From contig OZ024742.1 in assembly GCA_964016885.1 (NCBI GenBank), positions 377,146,001-377,210,000 on the forward strand: a stretch of 64,000 nucleotides of DNA. Direction: 5' to 3'. The DNA is from Eledone cirrhosa (taxonomy: Eukaryota). This document shows positions 31,493 through 43,100 of this stretch, one piece after another (within the stretch, counting starts at the first letter, position 1; each line of letters starts with the position of its first letter). The position numbers and the translations under genes are program-made. The notes below the pieces were generated by a model. That model had not been told where the DNA came from, did not search any database, and saw only the letters and a list, made by a program, of their open reading frames with translations.

Positions 31493-32148
31493 TTATTACG
31501 TATTACAATTATTTCTCCGGCGAACAGCTCGAGATGCCATCTGTTTGTGGATCGAACCTGTCTCTGGATTCGCAAGTTCCTTAGATAGGTCTCGTGATTT
31601 CGAAGCAAATCCTATATATATATATATATATTCATACATGCATGTTGGCCTCAGGGTCTACTAGGTCTCCAGCTGGTTGATGTTGCCCGTACAATCTGTT
31701 CAGCGATTCTTTACTCAGACATTCTAACCACATGATCATAGTATCAGAGTTGTGATCCCTCAATTCGGAGAAGTAGTGGCTCTACCTAGAGTGACTCTAG
31801 GTGATACTGAGTGATCTCAGTAACATTACTCCAAAGACCCTTCGATGGAACCCCATTTTGGCCGCTTTTATTCGTAATTTAATCTTTCGGCATCAAACCT
31901 ATCGAGTGCAAGTCGGAGATCCACCTTTGTCGAGTTAAGTAACACCGTGTCGAGTTAAGTAACACCTTTGTCGAGTTAAGTAACACCGTGTCGTCTGCAA
32001 ATTCAAGTCGACTGATTTTATACCTGTCAGTCATGAACCCCCTCCCTCCCCGACACAATTGGTAACATTGTGCTTAAATAATAAAATCATTAATTAAAGA
32101 GACTATAAAAAATTTGACAGTAGACACAAAGTTAGTTCAAAGGTGCAA

Positions 32149-32154
32149 TTTATT
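32149..32154 (-). promoter_or_regulatory. Candidate polyadenylation signal (AATAAA) for the neuropeptide transcript
   Basis: AATAAA on the minus strand ~360 nt after the stop codon, followed by a GT/T-rich tract; other AATAAA occur at ~32356 and ~32439. Confidence 0.45.
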
Positions 32155-32509
32155 ATTTTCCAAACTGGAGGAAAAAAACCCAAAACAAATAACAGTAAAG
32201 AAAAAATAAATATATATATTTTTACATATCAGTTATTGATGCCTAAAATCGTGTGGTTTAGGAACTTTTGATCATTGAAAATAACTGAAAAGTTCTTTGA
32301 TTCCATTTCTATTGAACTGCATATGTTATTATTATTATTATATTGTTCTCACTTGTTTATTATTTAGTTGCAATATTTTACAACTTCTGCAGATTCTCAG
32401 TTATTTGATTTGATTTGATTTTTCGTATTTCAATTGTTTTTATTTTTCTGGTGTCTATATATATAGTTTTCAGTTTTGTAAATCCAATTTCAGAATCCCG
32501 TTTTTTTTT

Positions 32510-33898
32510 TTACCCCTTGAATGATGTAACTTTGTAAGTTTGAAAGGGACGTTTCATGTGACTTCCCATTAACCTTGGGAATCCTGGTGCCAATCCTTCA
32601 TTACCGGAAATACGATCGAAATTTCTTCTGAAGAGTCTGGATGAGGAACCATCTCCCATTTTATAGAAACGGCTATGACTGATGGCATCGAAATGACGCT
32701 TGCCCATGTTAGCAAAATTACTATCTGAGATAGAATCGAATTTCCTTTTACCCATGGTGTTGAATAATCCGTTAGATATTGAGTCGAATGGTCGTTTGCC
32801 CATGCGAGAAAATGAGCTGCTACCAATGGAGTCAAATTTCCGTTTGCCCATTGTGTTAAATGAACCACCATCGATGGAATCAAATGGCCTTTTCCCCATT
32901 GTGTTAAATGAACTACCATCGATGGAATCAAATGGTCTTTTTCCCATTGTGTTAAATGAACTACCATCGATGGAATCAAATGGTCGTTTGCCCATTGTAT
33001 TAAATGAACTACCATCGATGGAATCAAATGGTCGTTTGCCCATTGTATTAAATGAACTACCATCGATGGAATCAAATGGTCGTTTGCCCATTGTATTAAA
33101 TGAACTACCATCGATGGAATCAAATGGTCGTTTGCCCATTGTATTAAATGAACTACCATCGATAGAATCGAATTTCCTTTTGCCCATTGTATTAAATGAA
33201 CCACCACCAATGGAATCAAATTTCCGTTTGCCCATTGTATTAAATGAACTACCATCGATGGAATCAAATGGTCGTTTGCCCATTGTGTTAAATGAACTAC
33301 CATCGATAGAATCAAATGGTCGTTTGCCCATTCTGTTAAATGAACTACCATCGATAGAATCAAATGGTCGTTTGCCCATTGTGTTAAATGAACTACCATC
33401 GATAGAATCAAATGGTCGTTTGCCCATTGTGTTAAATGAACTACCATCGATAGAATCAAATGGTCTTTTGCCCATTCTGTTAAATGAACTACCATCGATG
33501 GAATCGAATTTCCTTTTTCCCATTGTGTTAAAAGAGCCACCATCGATAGAATCAAATGGTCGTTTGCCCATTGTGTTAAATGAGCCACCATCGATAGAAT
33601 CAAATGGTCTTTTGCCCATTGTATTAAACGAATTACCAGAAATTGAATCAAACTTTCGTTTTCCTAATTGTGAAAATGAATTACTTCCGGATATGGAATC
33701 AAAAGGTCGTTTCCCCATTGAACGGAAACCAGTCCCATCGATTGAATCAAACCCCTTCTTATCCAAAGAAGTGGATTCTTCAACATCTTCTGGATCAATT
33801 CCCGTATACTCAACAGGATGAAGAATATATCGTTTTTTAAGATCTGTCGCATTTTCTTCGTTTTCTGGCGGATGTGATTCGTGATCATTGGACAGCAA
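32510..33898 (-). CDS. Pedal-peptide/orcokinin-type (orcokinin B-like) neuropeptide precursor, last coding exon
   Basis: Splice acceptor TTTTCTTTTGCAG| at 33899-33900 (phase 0). An acidic spacer is followed by 22 xFDSI[D/S/G]xxxFxx[M/L]-G-KR units (9 identical PFDSIDGSSFNTMG) and 3 divergent C-terminal peptides (HFDAISHSRF..., NFDRISGNEG..., PFQTYKVTSFKG); TAA at 32510-32512. Synonymous variation is seen between repeats. The FDSI/FDRI motif is that of the bilaterian pedal peptide/orcokinin family. Confidence 0.93.
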   Translation of the reverse strand: MLSNDHESHPPENEENATDLKKRYILHPVEYTGIDPEDVEESTSLDKKGFDSIDGTGFRSMGKRPFDSISGSNSFSQLGKRKFDSISGNSFNTMGKRPFDSIDGGSFNTMGKRPFDSIDGGSFNTMGKRKFDSIDGSSFNRMGKRPFDSIDGSSFNTMGKRPFDSIDGSSFNTMGKRPFDSIDGSSFNRMGKRPFDSIDGSSFNTMGKRPFDSIDGSSFNTMGKRKFDSIGGGSFNTMGKRKFDSIDGSSFNTMGKRPFDSIDGSSFNTMGKRPFDSIDGSSFNTMGKRPFDSIDGSSFNTMGKRPFDSIDGSSFNTMGKRPFDSIDGSSFNTMGKRPFDSIDGGSFNTMGKRKFDSIGSSSFSRMGKRPFDSISNGLFNTMGKRKFDSISDSNFANMGKRHFDAISHSRFYKMGDGSSSRLFRRNFDRISGNEGLAPGFPRLMGSHMKRPFQTYKVTSFKG

Positions 33899-34084
33899 CT
33901 GCAAAAGAAAATACGATACATTCGTCATATAGAAAATATAAACATTAACAAGTATACATTAGATTGGTTCCATTTTACATTTCTAGTTACACAATAGATT
34001 TTACCCACTTTTTACATTGTTGTACATACTTCAAAGAAAACATATTCTTTCGTATTACTTTTTAACATTTCTTCAGACAGTACA

Positions 34085-34310
34085 TGGATTCGTAAAGGAA
34101 ATAAACAGGAAAAGTTGGATTAGAAAAATATACCAAGGCAACCTCGAAGACAAGAAAACTAGTGAAAAACTCTAATATCACGCTAGATAAAAAACTAAAA
34201 TAAGAGAATTAGATGAAACACAGGCATACAAATACTTAGGAACCAATGAACTAGGTAAGTTTCTACATTTACAGATGAAGGAAAAGATTAGAAAGGAATA
34301 TAATCTTGAA
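34085..34310 (+). mobile_element. Degraded RT C-terminal fragment of an R4/Dong-like retrotransposon
   Basis: Reads ~GLEKYTKAT...KLVKNSNITLD...IRELDETQAYKYLGTNE, matching the FG..KC...YRYLG region of the element at 40.1-44.3 kb. Confidence 0.55.
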
Positions 34311-34404
34311 CAGAGTTAATCACATTTCGAAGATGTAAGTCTTGTTTTTAGGAAGGGTACTTTTGGTAGAATTCTCAAACAAAGAATAATGAATATATAA
34401 TAGT

Positions 34405-34545
34405 TTCTAATTTAGGCACAAAGTCAACAATTTTGGGGGCAGGGAACTTGATTTATGTCGAGCCCAATGCGTTACTGGTACTTAATTTTAGTGACCCTGT
34501 AAATATGAAAGGTAAAACTAACCTCGGCGAGATTTGAACACAAGA
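34405..34545 (-). mobile_element. SINE (family A)
   Basis: TTAGGCACAAAG...ACTGGTACTT...AACCTCGGCGAGATTTGAAC. Confidence 0.75.
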
Positions 34546-34599
34546 ATAATGAATATAATTGTTTCTGATTTAGGTACAAGGCCAAATATATATATATAG

Positions 34600-34780
34600 T
34601 AATAATAATAGTAATAATAATAAATTTGAAGACTAAAATCCAAAGAGGGCTCGATAAGGATAAATATATATCAAATATATAGAACCGTAGAGCAAATATG
34701 GTTAGTTTCAGAAGATCCCGTTAAGGGTGAAAGCAGCGATTCTTTGCTTAAACTTTAATCTGTTATTTTAATAAATATAT
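34600..34780. mobile_element. Short Penelope-like 3' fragment with inversion and a variant hammerhead (CAGAAGA core at 34704-34754, +)
   Basis: 34610-34699 is the reverse complement of 63401-63490, joined to a direct copy of 63323-63400; flanked by (TA)n. Confidence 0.65.
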
Positions 34781-34789
34781 ATATATATA

Positions 34790-34967
34790 TAACGAAGGAA
34801 ATGTGGTAAGGAACCAGGTGGACCATAATGCACCAAAGTACTCAATACTTAGGGTAGTAGAGTGGGTAATAGGAACCAGTAAGACCCCGACGGCTGAGCT
34901 CAAACCGTTTCGACGGCTAATTAGCCGTCGAAACGGTTTGAGCTCAGCCGTCGGGGTCTTACTGGTT

Positions 34968-34972
<5 letters not shown>
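34790..34972. mobile_element. Short (TA)n-embedded element ending in a perfect 104-bp palindrome (34869-34972)
   Basis: 52-bp arms with no spacer; the same family occurs at 50556-50660 and 51266-51372. Confidence 0.85.
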
Positions 34973-35024
<52 letters not shown>

Positions 35025-35026
<2 letters not shown>

Positions 35027-36978
35027 CGTTTCTGAATTTGTTTGGAAAGATTCTTTATCTGAAAACGTGTGTTGAAACCGATATTGTTATGCTTTGGGAG
35101 GGTCATGTTGCCAATAAGAAACACACGCACCAGTAGCCTTCACTCCAATTTATTATAAATTAAATTTATAAATTTAAGAATTTATAAATTTCCAATTGGT
35201 TAGTTGGTTCCATAACCGGACGGTTGTTCATATATTGTCAAAGTTCTTTCGTCACACATTCTGTGACTTCTTCAGTGACTGGGGATTCTTTTCTTTGTTC
35301 TGTCCTACGCCATCTTGTTTTTGTGTGTGTTGTGTGCTTAGTTTGCGCATGTGTTACATCCGGGTGTGTGTGTGTTTTTATTTGTTTATTTTTTTTATTT
35401 ACATGTTACTAGTTAGTTGTTTGTTCTATGTGTGTGTGTTTTCATTTTGTCCTTAATTGTAAGTTGTGATGTTGCTATCCTATTCATGTTTTCTATTTAA
35501 TTTTGGTTGGAGTTCATTTATGTTTATTGCCTCTGTGATTTGTCTAAACATTGCGTCTTTTCTGTGTGTAGATTCTATTTTTATTTCTATGTTCTCTAAT
35601 TTTCCGTTATGTTCTATTTTAGCATGTTGGTGGAGTATTGATGATTCTTTTTTATCTTGAAGTTCTCGCCAGTGTTCATTTAACATCTCCTATACTATGA
35701 GCTGTCTCACCTATGTACACTATATTCTTATCATTACATTGTCTTTCAGTACATCTTATGCTATATACTACATTTCTAGTTTTACAGTTAATATGGGGGC
35801 TTAGTTTACAGATTATGCATTTCTTATTTATATATGGAGGTCTTTGAAAAGGGTATGTATTGCTAATAAGTGTTTTTATGGAGGTACCTGGTCTTTCTAC
35901 TATCTTAATATTAAGTTTATGTTTATCTAGGGCCCTTCTAAATTTGTAAGCTAATTCACCTCTAGGGGTTTTATTGATTAACATTACACTCTGGTATTTA
36001 TTGCTATCATACCATGAGTTTATTCTATTAACCTTATTCCTAGTTCTTTCTATTCTATTCCAAAATTTGCTCCTATACAAGGGGCAGGTCACATTTGTAT
36101 CATTATTTACCATTTTTTCCCATTTGGTTCTGGCTCCTCTATATACTCTGATTTTATCTCTCTGATTGTAACCAGAGAACTGCATACGGTGGATGAAGTG
36201 TTGTATGTGTCTCTCTAGTTCTTTGGGTTGCACATGCGGGACACGTTTCTCATCACCCGTACCAAATCCGCAATCAGTATGTTGATTTTGGTGTGATCCG
36301 AAACCGCTGAGTTTCGGTGGATCAGATATTTGGAAGTCATGGGTTTGGCATAATGGGAATGGAGGATTTGTTTTTTGTTATTAATGGTTTCTAACCAGAG
36401 CTCTGTGTCTAGTACAGGTAATCGATGGTTGGGGTGTTTGCTTGGGTAGTCTATAGTAACTCTAATACTCTGGTGGATGGAGTTAGCTATTTGCTGGATG
36501 CTTTCCATGGTGTCTTTCTCTAATTCCTGACTGTTCTCTAGTGGGGGTGTTTTTACTACGATGTTTATATCATCAACGTAGCGAGAGTACATTATCAGGG
36601 TTAAGAGGCTGCTGTCTTCTAATTGTTCTTTAAGTTTAAGTTTAAGTTTATTGTCCCACCATACCATGTATAGGTTAGCTATGTCGCCTGCAATGCTAAC
36701 ACCAATGGTTGCTCCATCCTCTTTGGCATATGTTTTTCCATTAAATTTGAACATATGTTCCTTAAGAGTTAATTTTATACTGCCCCCCACCGCATGTGCA
36801 ATCATTTTCTTTAGTTCATCGTGGTTTTCGGGGGTCCGTATGGCTCTGGTCCACCCGTTCCATCTTTCTGTGTGGGTTTTCTTGGCCATTGAGGTAATGG
36901 TAGGTGGTCTGCCTCTTGCTGGTCTTGTAAGGCACAGGTTGCTAAGGTCATATGCCCTACAAGACCAGCAAGAGGCAG

Positions 36979-36980
<2 letters not shown>
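35025..36980 (-). mobile_element. 5'-truncated, frameshifted Penelope-like retroelement (RT + GIY-YIG endonuclease + hammerhead-containing tail)
   Basis: RT motifs (GATIGVSIAGDIANLYM, YSRYVDDI, LPVLDTELW), GIY-YIG (VVYSIRC...VYIGET) and C-terminal RQITEAINI...PKLN; both ends abut (TA)n; at least two frame breaks (~36230, ~35685). Confidence 0.92.
35237..35279 (-). ncRNA. Minimal type I hammerhead in the Penelope tail
   Basis: GTCA-CTGAAGA-a-GTCACA-gaatg-TGTGAC-GAAA-G-aa-C-TT-TGAC; 2-bp stem III as in minimal PLE hammerheads; CUU site. Confidence 0.75.
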
Positions 36981-37051
<71 letters not shown>

Positions 37052-37153
37052 AAAGAGTAATATGGTTCGTTGATTACTCAATGAATACAATTTTACAATA
37101 GATTAAAAACACTCAACAGTTAAGTTTTCCTGGAGTTTTTAATATTATTCAAA

Positions 37154-37327
37154 ATATATAGAAAAGCTTCTACAGGGCTAGAACTGTTTCATTCGTGAGA
37201 AATGGTTTCTCACGAATGAAACAGTTCTAGTTCTGTAGAAGCTGTTCTATATTAAATATTTATACTCTGCTTGTATTGAGTACCTTACTTACTGTGGTTA
37301 CCCCCGATTGAACCCGGGATAAACTTA
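37154..37327. mobile_element. Short fold-back element (palindrome ~37154-37253), same family as 63850-64000
   Basis: GAACTGTTTCATTCGTGAGAAA-tgg-TTTCTCACGAATGAAACAGTTC hairpin, followed by ...TACTTACTGTGGTTACC-CCGATT-AACCCGG and (TA)n. Confidence 0.75.
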
Positions 37328-38449
37328 TATATATATATATATATATGTATTGGGGGGGGGGGGGTCAGTCGATTAAGTTGACCTCAATGCGTTACTGGTA
37401 CATTATTTTATCGACCTCATAAGGATGAAAACTATCTTCGGTGGGATTTGAACTCAAGAATAATGACTACAATGATAATAGTTCTTCAGATCTTGATAGC
37501 TTACACTAACGTTTCATGTAATCTAATATATATACTCTCCTAGTATTTGTCGACTGTACGCACGATGATGCCCCTGGGGTCACTGACCTAGAAGACCCCA
37601 GTCTCACCGAGCAAGAAGAAGAGTATTTACATTGTTGTCAGAAGAAAATCTCTGTTTAAATTTAAGTTTTACTTTCATCGTGTTTTCTTTATGTTATCAT
37701 TTGGCATCAATATATTCTTCTTATACTTCGGCCACTTATTCCCGAGAGGGTTGTGGGGCCAGAGTCCTCAAACACCGTTTTCAATCGATCCGGCTGGATC
37801 CCCAAGTGTGACCAGCCAAGCTATTGATGTTATCCAATCATCTTCTGGGTCCCCTGGGAGTATTGTCAAGAGATATATTCTTGTCTTCTCTCGCCTCAAT
37901 ATATTTATCTTCAAATATGTGGCCATCATATATAATCTCATTCAGTTAAGTCTACAAATTTAAAGCCTTATGTCTGTGTAAAACATCATTTTAATGTTTG
38001 TTTCGAGTTATTTGTCTTTGATTAACATTCATTAAAATTAAGGCACCAACTCTTCTATTTATTGCCGAAAACTACTTTATTTTATATCAGGAATTAAATT
38101 TTAAGCGCTGCAAAATAATTAAAGGAGGAGAAAGTATCGTTGATACTTTTCAAAATTGAACGCATTAGTAAATCATTCATTACAATGGCCTGGGAGCATA
38201 ATTAAATGCGTCGCCATTTTAAAACAGAAATTAGTTGTACGTGAGTGCTTAAATGATAATTTAGAAGTAATTACAGCTGTTCATTTAAATGTTAATATTA
38301 GAGGGAAAATTTCATCAGGGTGATAAGATGATCTGAAAAAATTAGTGATAGATACAACCCAAGGGATTTTATAGATTGATATTTTTGTAGATATTTTCAG
38401 TAAAACAGTTATTTGGAGGCATGTAGATGCAGATGGCGCTAATAAGGAT

Positions 38450-39185
38450 TTCTAATTTAGACACAAGGCCAGCAATATGAGGGAGGGGAAAGTCAATTAT
38501 ATCGACCCGAGAACTTGACTGGTACTTTATCTATGGACACTAGAAAAATGAGATTTGATCCCGGTGGAATTTGAACTCACAAGTTAAAGAACGACAAAAC
38601 AGATGTCGTAAAGCATTCTACCAATCCACCATATATAGCACTAATAATGGCACAAGGCCAACCATTTTGGGGCAGGGGAAAGTCGATTAAATCTACCCCG
38701 GTGCATGACTGGTACTTTATTTTATCAACGCCGTAAAGATAAAAGGCAAAGTTAACTTAGGCAGGATTTGGAGTCAAAACGTAATTCTGTGCCGCGAAGC
38801 AGGGTGTCCGATGCTCTACCGACACTGCCAATATAGGGCCCTATATATAGCACTAATAATTGTTTCTACTTCTGGTATAAGGCCAGCAATTACCCAGTAC
38901 ATTACTGGTACTTTATTTTATCGATGAAAGGCAAAGTTAATCTCGACGAGATTTGAACTCAGACCGAAAAGGGACGATACTGCCAATTCACCGCCCTAAT
39001 AATGGTTTCTGATTGAGGCACAAGGCCAGCAATTTTAGGGGAGGGGAAAGTCGATTAAATACTGGTACTTTATTTTAGCAAAGCTAACCTCAGCAGGATT
39101 TGAACTCAGAACGTAAAGGGCCGTAACACTATGTGCCACAAAGGATATTGTCCGGCTCTCTACCGATACTGCCAACCACCACCAT
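38450..39185 (-). mobile_element. Four head-to-tail SINE (family A) copies
   Basis: Repeated CACAAGGCCAGCAA...ACTGGTACTTTAT...GATTTGAACTC at ~38455, 38650, 38875 and 39015. Confidence 0.85.
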
Positions 39186-39490
39186 CCTATATAGCGCTGT
39201 CAACTTCTTAACCAATCATCCATATCTAATGAACCAATAAAACCTTCATATTAATATAATATATCGATGAGATATCAGCTGACGTGATACCATCCTCTTG
39301 GATAAGAACTTGACATCAACGAAAGTAAATGGCTCAGGCAATAATGGAGTTCAGCCCACATCCTCAACTTAAGATACTCCTACAACAACTACATGTATGT
39401 ATGTATGTATGTATGTATGTATGTATGTATGTATGTATGTATGTATGTATGTATGTATGTATGTATGTATGTATGTATGTATGTATGTAT

Positions 39491-40080
39491 GGTCACTCTT
39501 GAGTGCTACAGGTAACATGTAACCCAGTACAACCTGTCGCATGGTCGGGCCGTCGGCGACTAAACCTGCAACCCCACCATGTTTACTTGGTCAGGAGGGT
39601 GATTTTGGACACCCTACAGGACAAAAAACAAAACCTGACAAAGGGCGGAAGAACACATAAGTGTCAACAGCCATCCTAAAGTGTGTAAATATGTATATAC
39701 ACATATACATATGTATGTATATGTGTATATACATGGGTGCATGTGTATGTATATGCGCGGGGACATAGAAATAGTCGGGATGGACACCCGATCGCGCAGT
39801 TAAACCACTAGGAGTGAAGGACCCCTAGCCTTAATCAGGGCATTCTTCTAGGAGAAAGCAACTCAAGAAACTGGGATAACTCCGATATAAAACCTGCGGC
39901 TCAGTAGTTACCGATGATGTTGATCTTTTCTTCTTTTCGGGTTATAGCTACTGTCGCTCAGAAAGTGGGATTGGCTCAGTGCACAGTCTTTCCTCACTTT
40001 TGCACGATAGCATTAATTGATAATTATTAATAATGTCATATCGTGCAATGGCCATACCCGATATCGAGGGGGCAGTCATC
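39491..40080 (+). mobile_element. RTE-derived non-autonomous retroposon with (ATGT)n tail
   Basis: 5' part (GGTCGGGCCGTCGGCGACTAAA...CTAGGAGAAAGCAACTC) is homologous to 49939-50500; it ends GGCAGTCATC followed by (ATGT)n. Confidence 0.65.
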
Positions 40081-40100
40081 ATGTATGTATGTATGTATGT

Positions 40101-43100
40101 TTTCTCTTTCTCTTAATTTCGAGTATATTTTTTTGACCGGCCACATTCCTGGTGGCAAGGTGTAAAAGAAAAGAAATTGTCATCCCTTGAATCGCAAGAA
40201 TGTTTTGCAAATTTTGAAGGTGCCAGCTATCGCAGCCATTTGTAGACTATGAATTAGGGAGCTGCGCTTTTTGTCCGCAAATCCAAGTTCAGTCATACTT
40301 TGGTCCAAGCGGGTTGGTATATAACCCGTAGCACCAATAATGATGGGTATGAAGCTAAAGGTGTATCTTGGATACTGGATTTGTAAACTCCTCATCAATG
40401 GTCCGTAGATGTCCTCCTTCTCCTGTATTTTTCTGACAACGTTTACATCAAGTGGGCAGCTGATCTCCACAACAGAACACGTTTTCAATGTGTGGTCCCA
40501 AACAACAATATCAGGCCGGTTGTGCTTTAATTTGGTGGCAGTTTTTATTTTCAGGTTCCACCAGTATTCCTTAGTGCCATCTGTCTCAATATATTCTTCC
40601 TCGTTTGTTGTTAATTTTGTTTTCCGAAGTGCGTTCCAGATGGTTCTAGCTATCCCATCGTGTCTCATGGGGAGGTAGTAGCGAGATGACATTCTTTCGC
40701 AGCTGGCAACAATGTGGCTTACATCCTCGATCTTTGTTTTACATAGCCTACATTTATTGTCAGCTGCTGGCCCTCCTCTTTTGTGCAGCAGATATTTGGT
40801 AGGGAGTTCTTGTTCCTGTATTGCATAGAGATATCCCTCAAGGTGTGATGTCATAAACTTGGAACTCCATGCCAGGCTTTTTGAGTGGTTTATCGCCTCT
40901 ATGGTCTGTGTTTTACGCCTCAAGTATCCATGCACAACTTTTTCTGTAAATTAGTCAATTTTTTTATCTTGTTTGAACATTGAATAGGATCTTCCGATTT
41001 CTCTGGGTGAGAGATTTATATCAGGCTTTATTCCATATCTCTCCTCCAGATCAGTCGCTATTCTAATGATATTTCTTTTTTCATGCTCATAAACCTGGGC
41101 AAGATGGTTGCCAACCTTTTTCCTCTGTTGAAGGTGTTACTTCAGTGTTACTATCCGGGTCTCATATGTTGTTAATATTGATTTTAGACCCCGGCCACCT
41201 TCCTTGCGTGAGAAGTATAGCCTATCCACATCACCATTGATGTTAAAGTTCCCAGTAACACTGAGAAGTTTTCGAGTTCTAACATCCATCTCACTTAGTT
41301 CTTGCAATGACCAGTTCAGCAGGCCAAATGTTGGCGTTAGAATTGGCACAGCATAAGTATTGTGGGAAATGTATTTGTTGTATGCTGACAGTTCTGATGA
41401 CCATATTTTCTTTACTCTTCTGAGGTATTCAGTTCTGGTTCTCTCCTTATTTATGGGTCCATCATATCTGACATTCTCATCCTGTCCAAGATATCTGTAG
41501 TTGTCATCTGACTGCAGAGGTTGTATTGTCAGGCCGTTCATCTCTAGATTTCTAGAGGAGGGCACAGCTCTTCCACGTTTTACTGCCAAATATGTACACT
41601 TGGACTCACCAAATTTCATTTTGATGTCGGTTGAAAATTGTGTAATGAGGTCCAATTGTTTCTTGATGTCATTGATATTTGGCCCATACAACTTCAGGTC
41701 ATCAACAAAGAAAAGATGGGAGATACTTCTGGGCCCACTTCTTTGTCCACCTTCTTTCCTGAGTAGGTAAGATAGTGGATTCAGTGAGAGAACGAAGAGT
41801 AGCACTGACAAGCTATCACCCTGAAAGATGCCCTTCTGGTAATGTATCTTCTCAGTCTTAACCTGCTCCTTCTCACCTCTAAGGATCAAATTGGTGTACC
41901 AGTTCTTGGTCAGGCGTTCAACAGCAGCTACCAATGGTTGTGGGATTTTAGCTAACTGTAAAGCCTTAATAATCCACCCATGAGGTACACTATCGAATGC
42001 TTTTTGATAGTCCAGCCACACGACAGTCATGTTTCTGCGATTCTTTGTTGTTTTTTCCTGAATCATTTTGTTAGTTAGTAGGTGATCTATGCAACCCCAC
42101 ACCTCCCTCTTTCCACCAGCTTGCTCAGGTGTTATGATGTTGTTGGTAGCACAGTGATCCTGTAAGAACAGGTTAAGGCACCCAGTATATAATTTATACA
42201 TGATGTTTTGGCAGGCAATTGGGCGGTAATTTTTAGCAAGGGTGGTTTGGCTATTTTGGGGAATGAGGAGAGTAGTGGCAGTTGATAACCATCTGGGCAG
42301 TTCTTGTGTGCCCTTAATGGTTTCTGTAAACAGCCGTATGAGATCTTGCCGATAGAAAGTGAAATTCTTCAACCAGTATCCTGTAATGAGGTCTGGGCCT
42401 GGCGATTTCCTATTTGACATTTTCTGTAGAGCTGTTTCCAGTATTGATCCATCTATGTCATATTGTTTTGTCTGGACATGTTGGCAGTAGTCCTGTTCCA
42501 GTTCTTTTAGCCAATTAGCTTGTCTGTTGAATCCGTCATCCGTTTCCCATACAGATCTCCAGTAGCTCTCAACCTGTTCTTTTGAAGGGGTGTCGTTTAC
42601 AGGGATTGAGCTTTTGCCACCTAAGCTGCGATAAACTGATTTAGGATCTCTGGCAAACAATCTATTTAGCACTTGTCGTTTATGTGCTGTTGACTTATAT
42701 TTTAGTCTTTCTGTTGTAGCTGTGAGTTGTTGTTTCAACTGGTGTAATTTGGAGTTCAACGTTTTAAATTTTGTATCTCCAAATCGTCTCTCTAACCTTT
42801 TCTTTAGGTCTTCCTGGTGTCGTGTGAAGTTGCTCTCTATGTTGCATTTCATAACGACTGCGATGTGTGAGATACTTCGTCTCAGGGACAAAATTTTGTT
42901 TTTTAAATTTCGCATCCACGCTGGTTCAGGCTTTCTGTTTGTATCTTGATTGCGTGGTTTTAGATGTGTGTTATATGATAGCAATGTGACAGCTGAAACA
43001 TTATAACAAAACATTAAGCGTTTCAAATGTCGTTTCTACACCTTTAGATCGTATAGCCTTCAGATAATTGCCAGCTATTTCGTTCACCGCTTCCAATTCC

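Noticed and set aside
32569-33921. Alternative-frame and antisense ORFs over the neuropeptide exon
   Set aside because: Shadows of the 48-bp coding repeat; only one frame gives KR cleavage and Gly amidation logic.
33899-33928. ATG at 33928 as the start of the precursor
   Set aside because: MTNVSYFLLQ is not a credible signal peptide and overlaps a polypyrimidine tract plus CAG acceptor; treated as intron.
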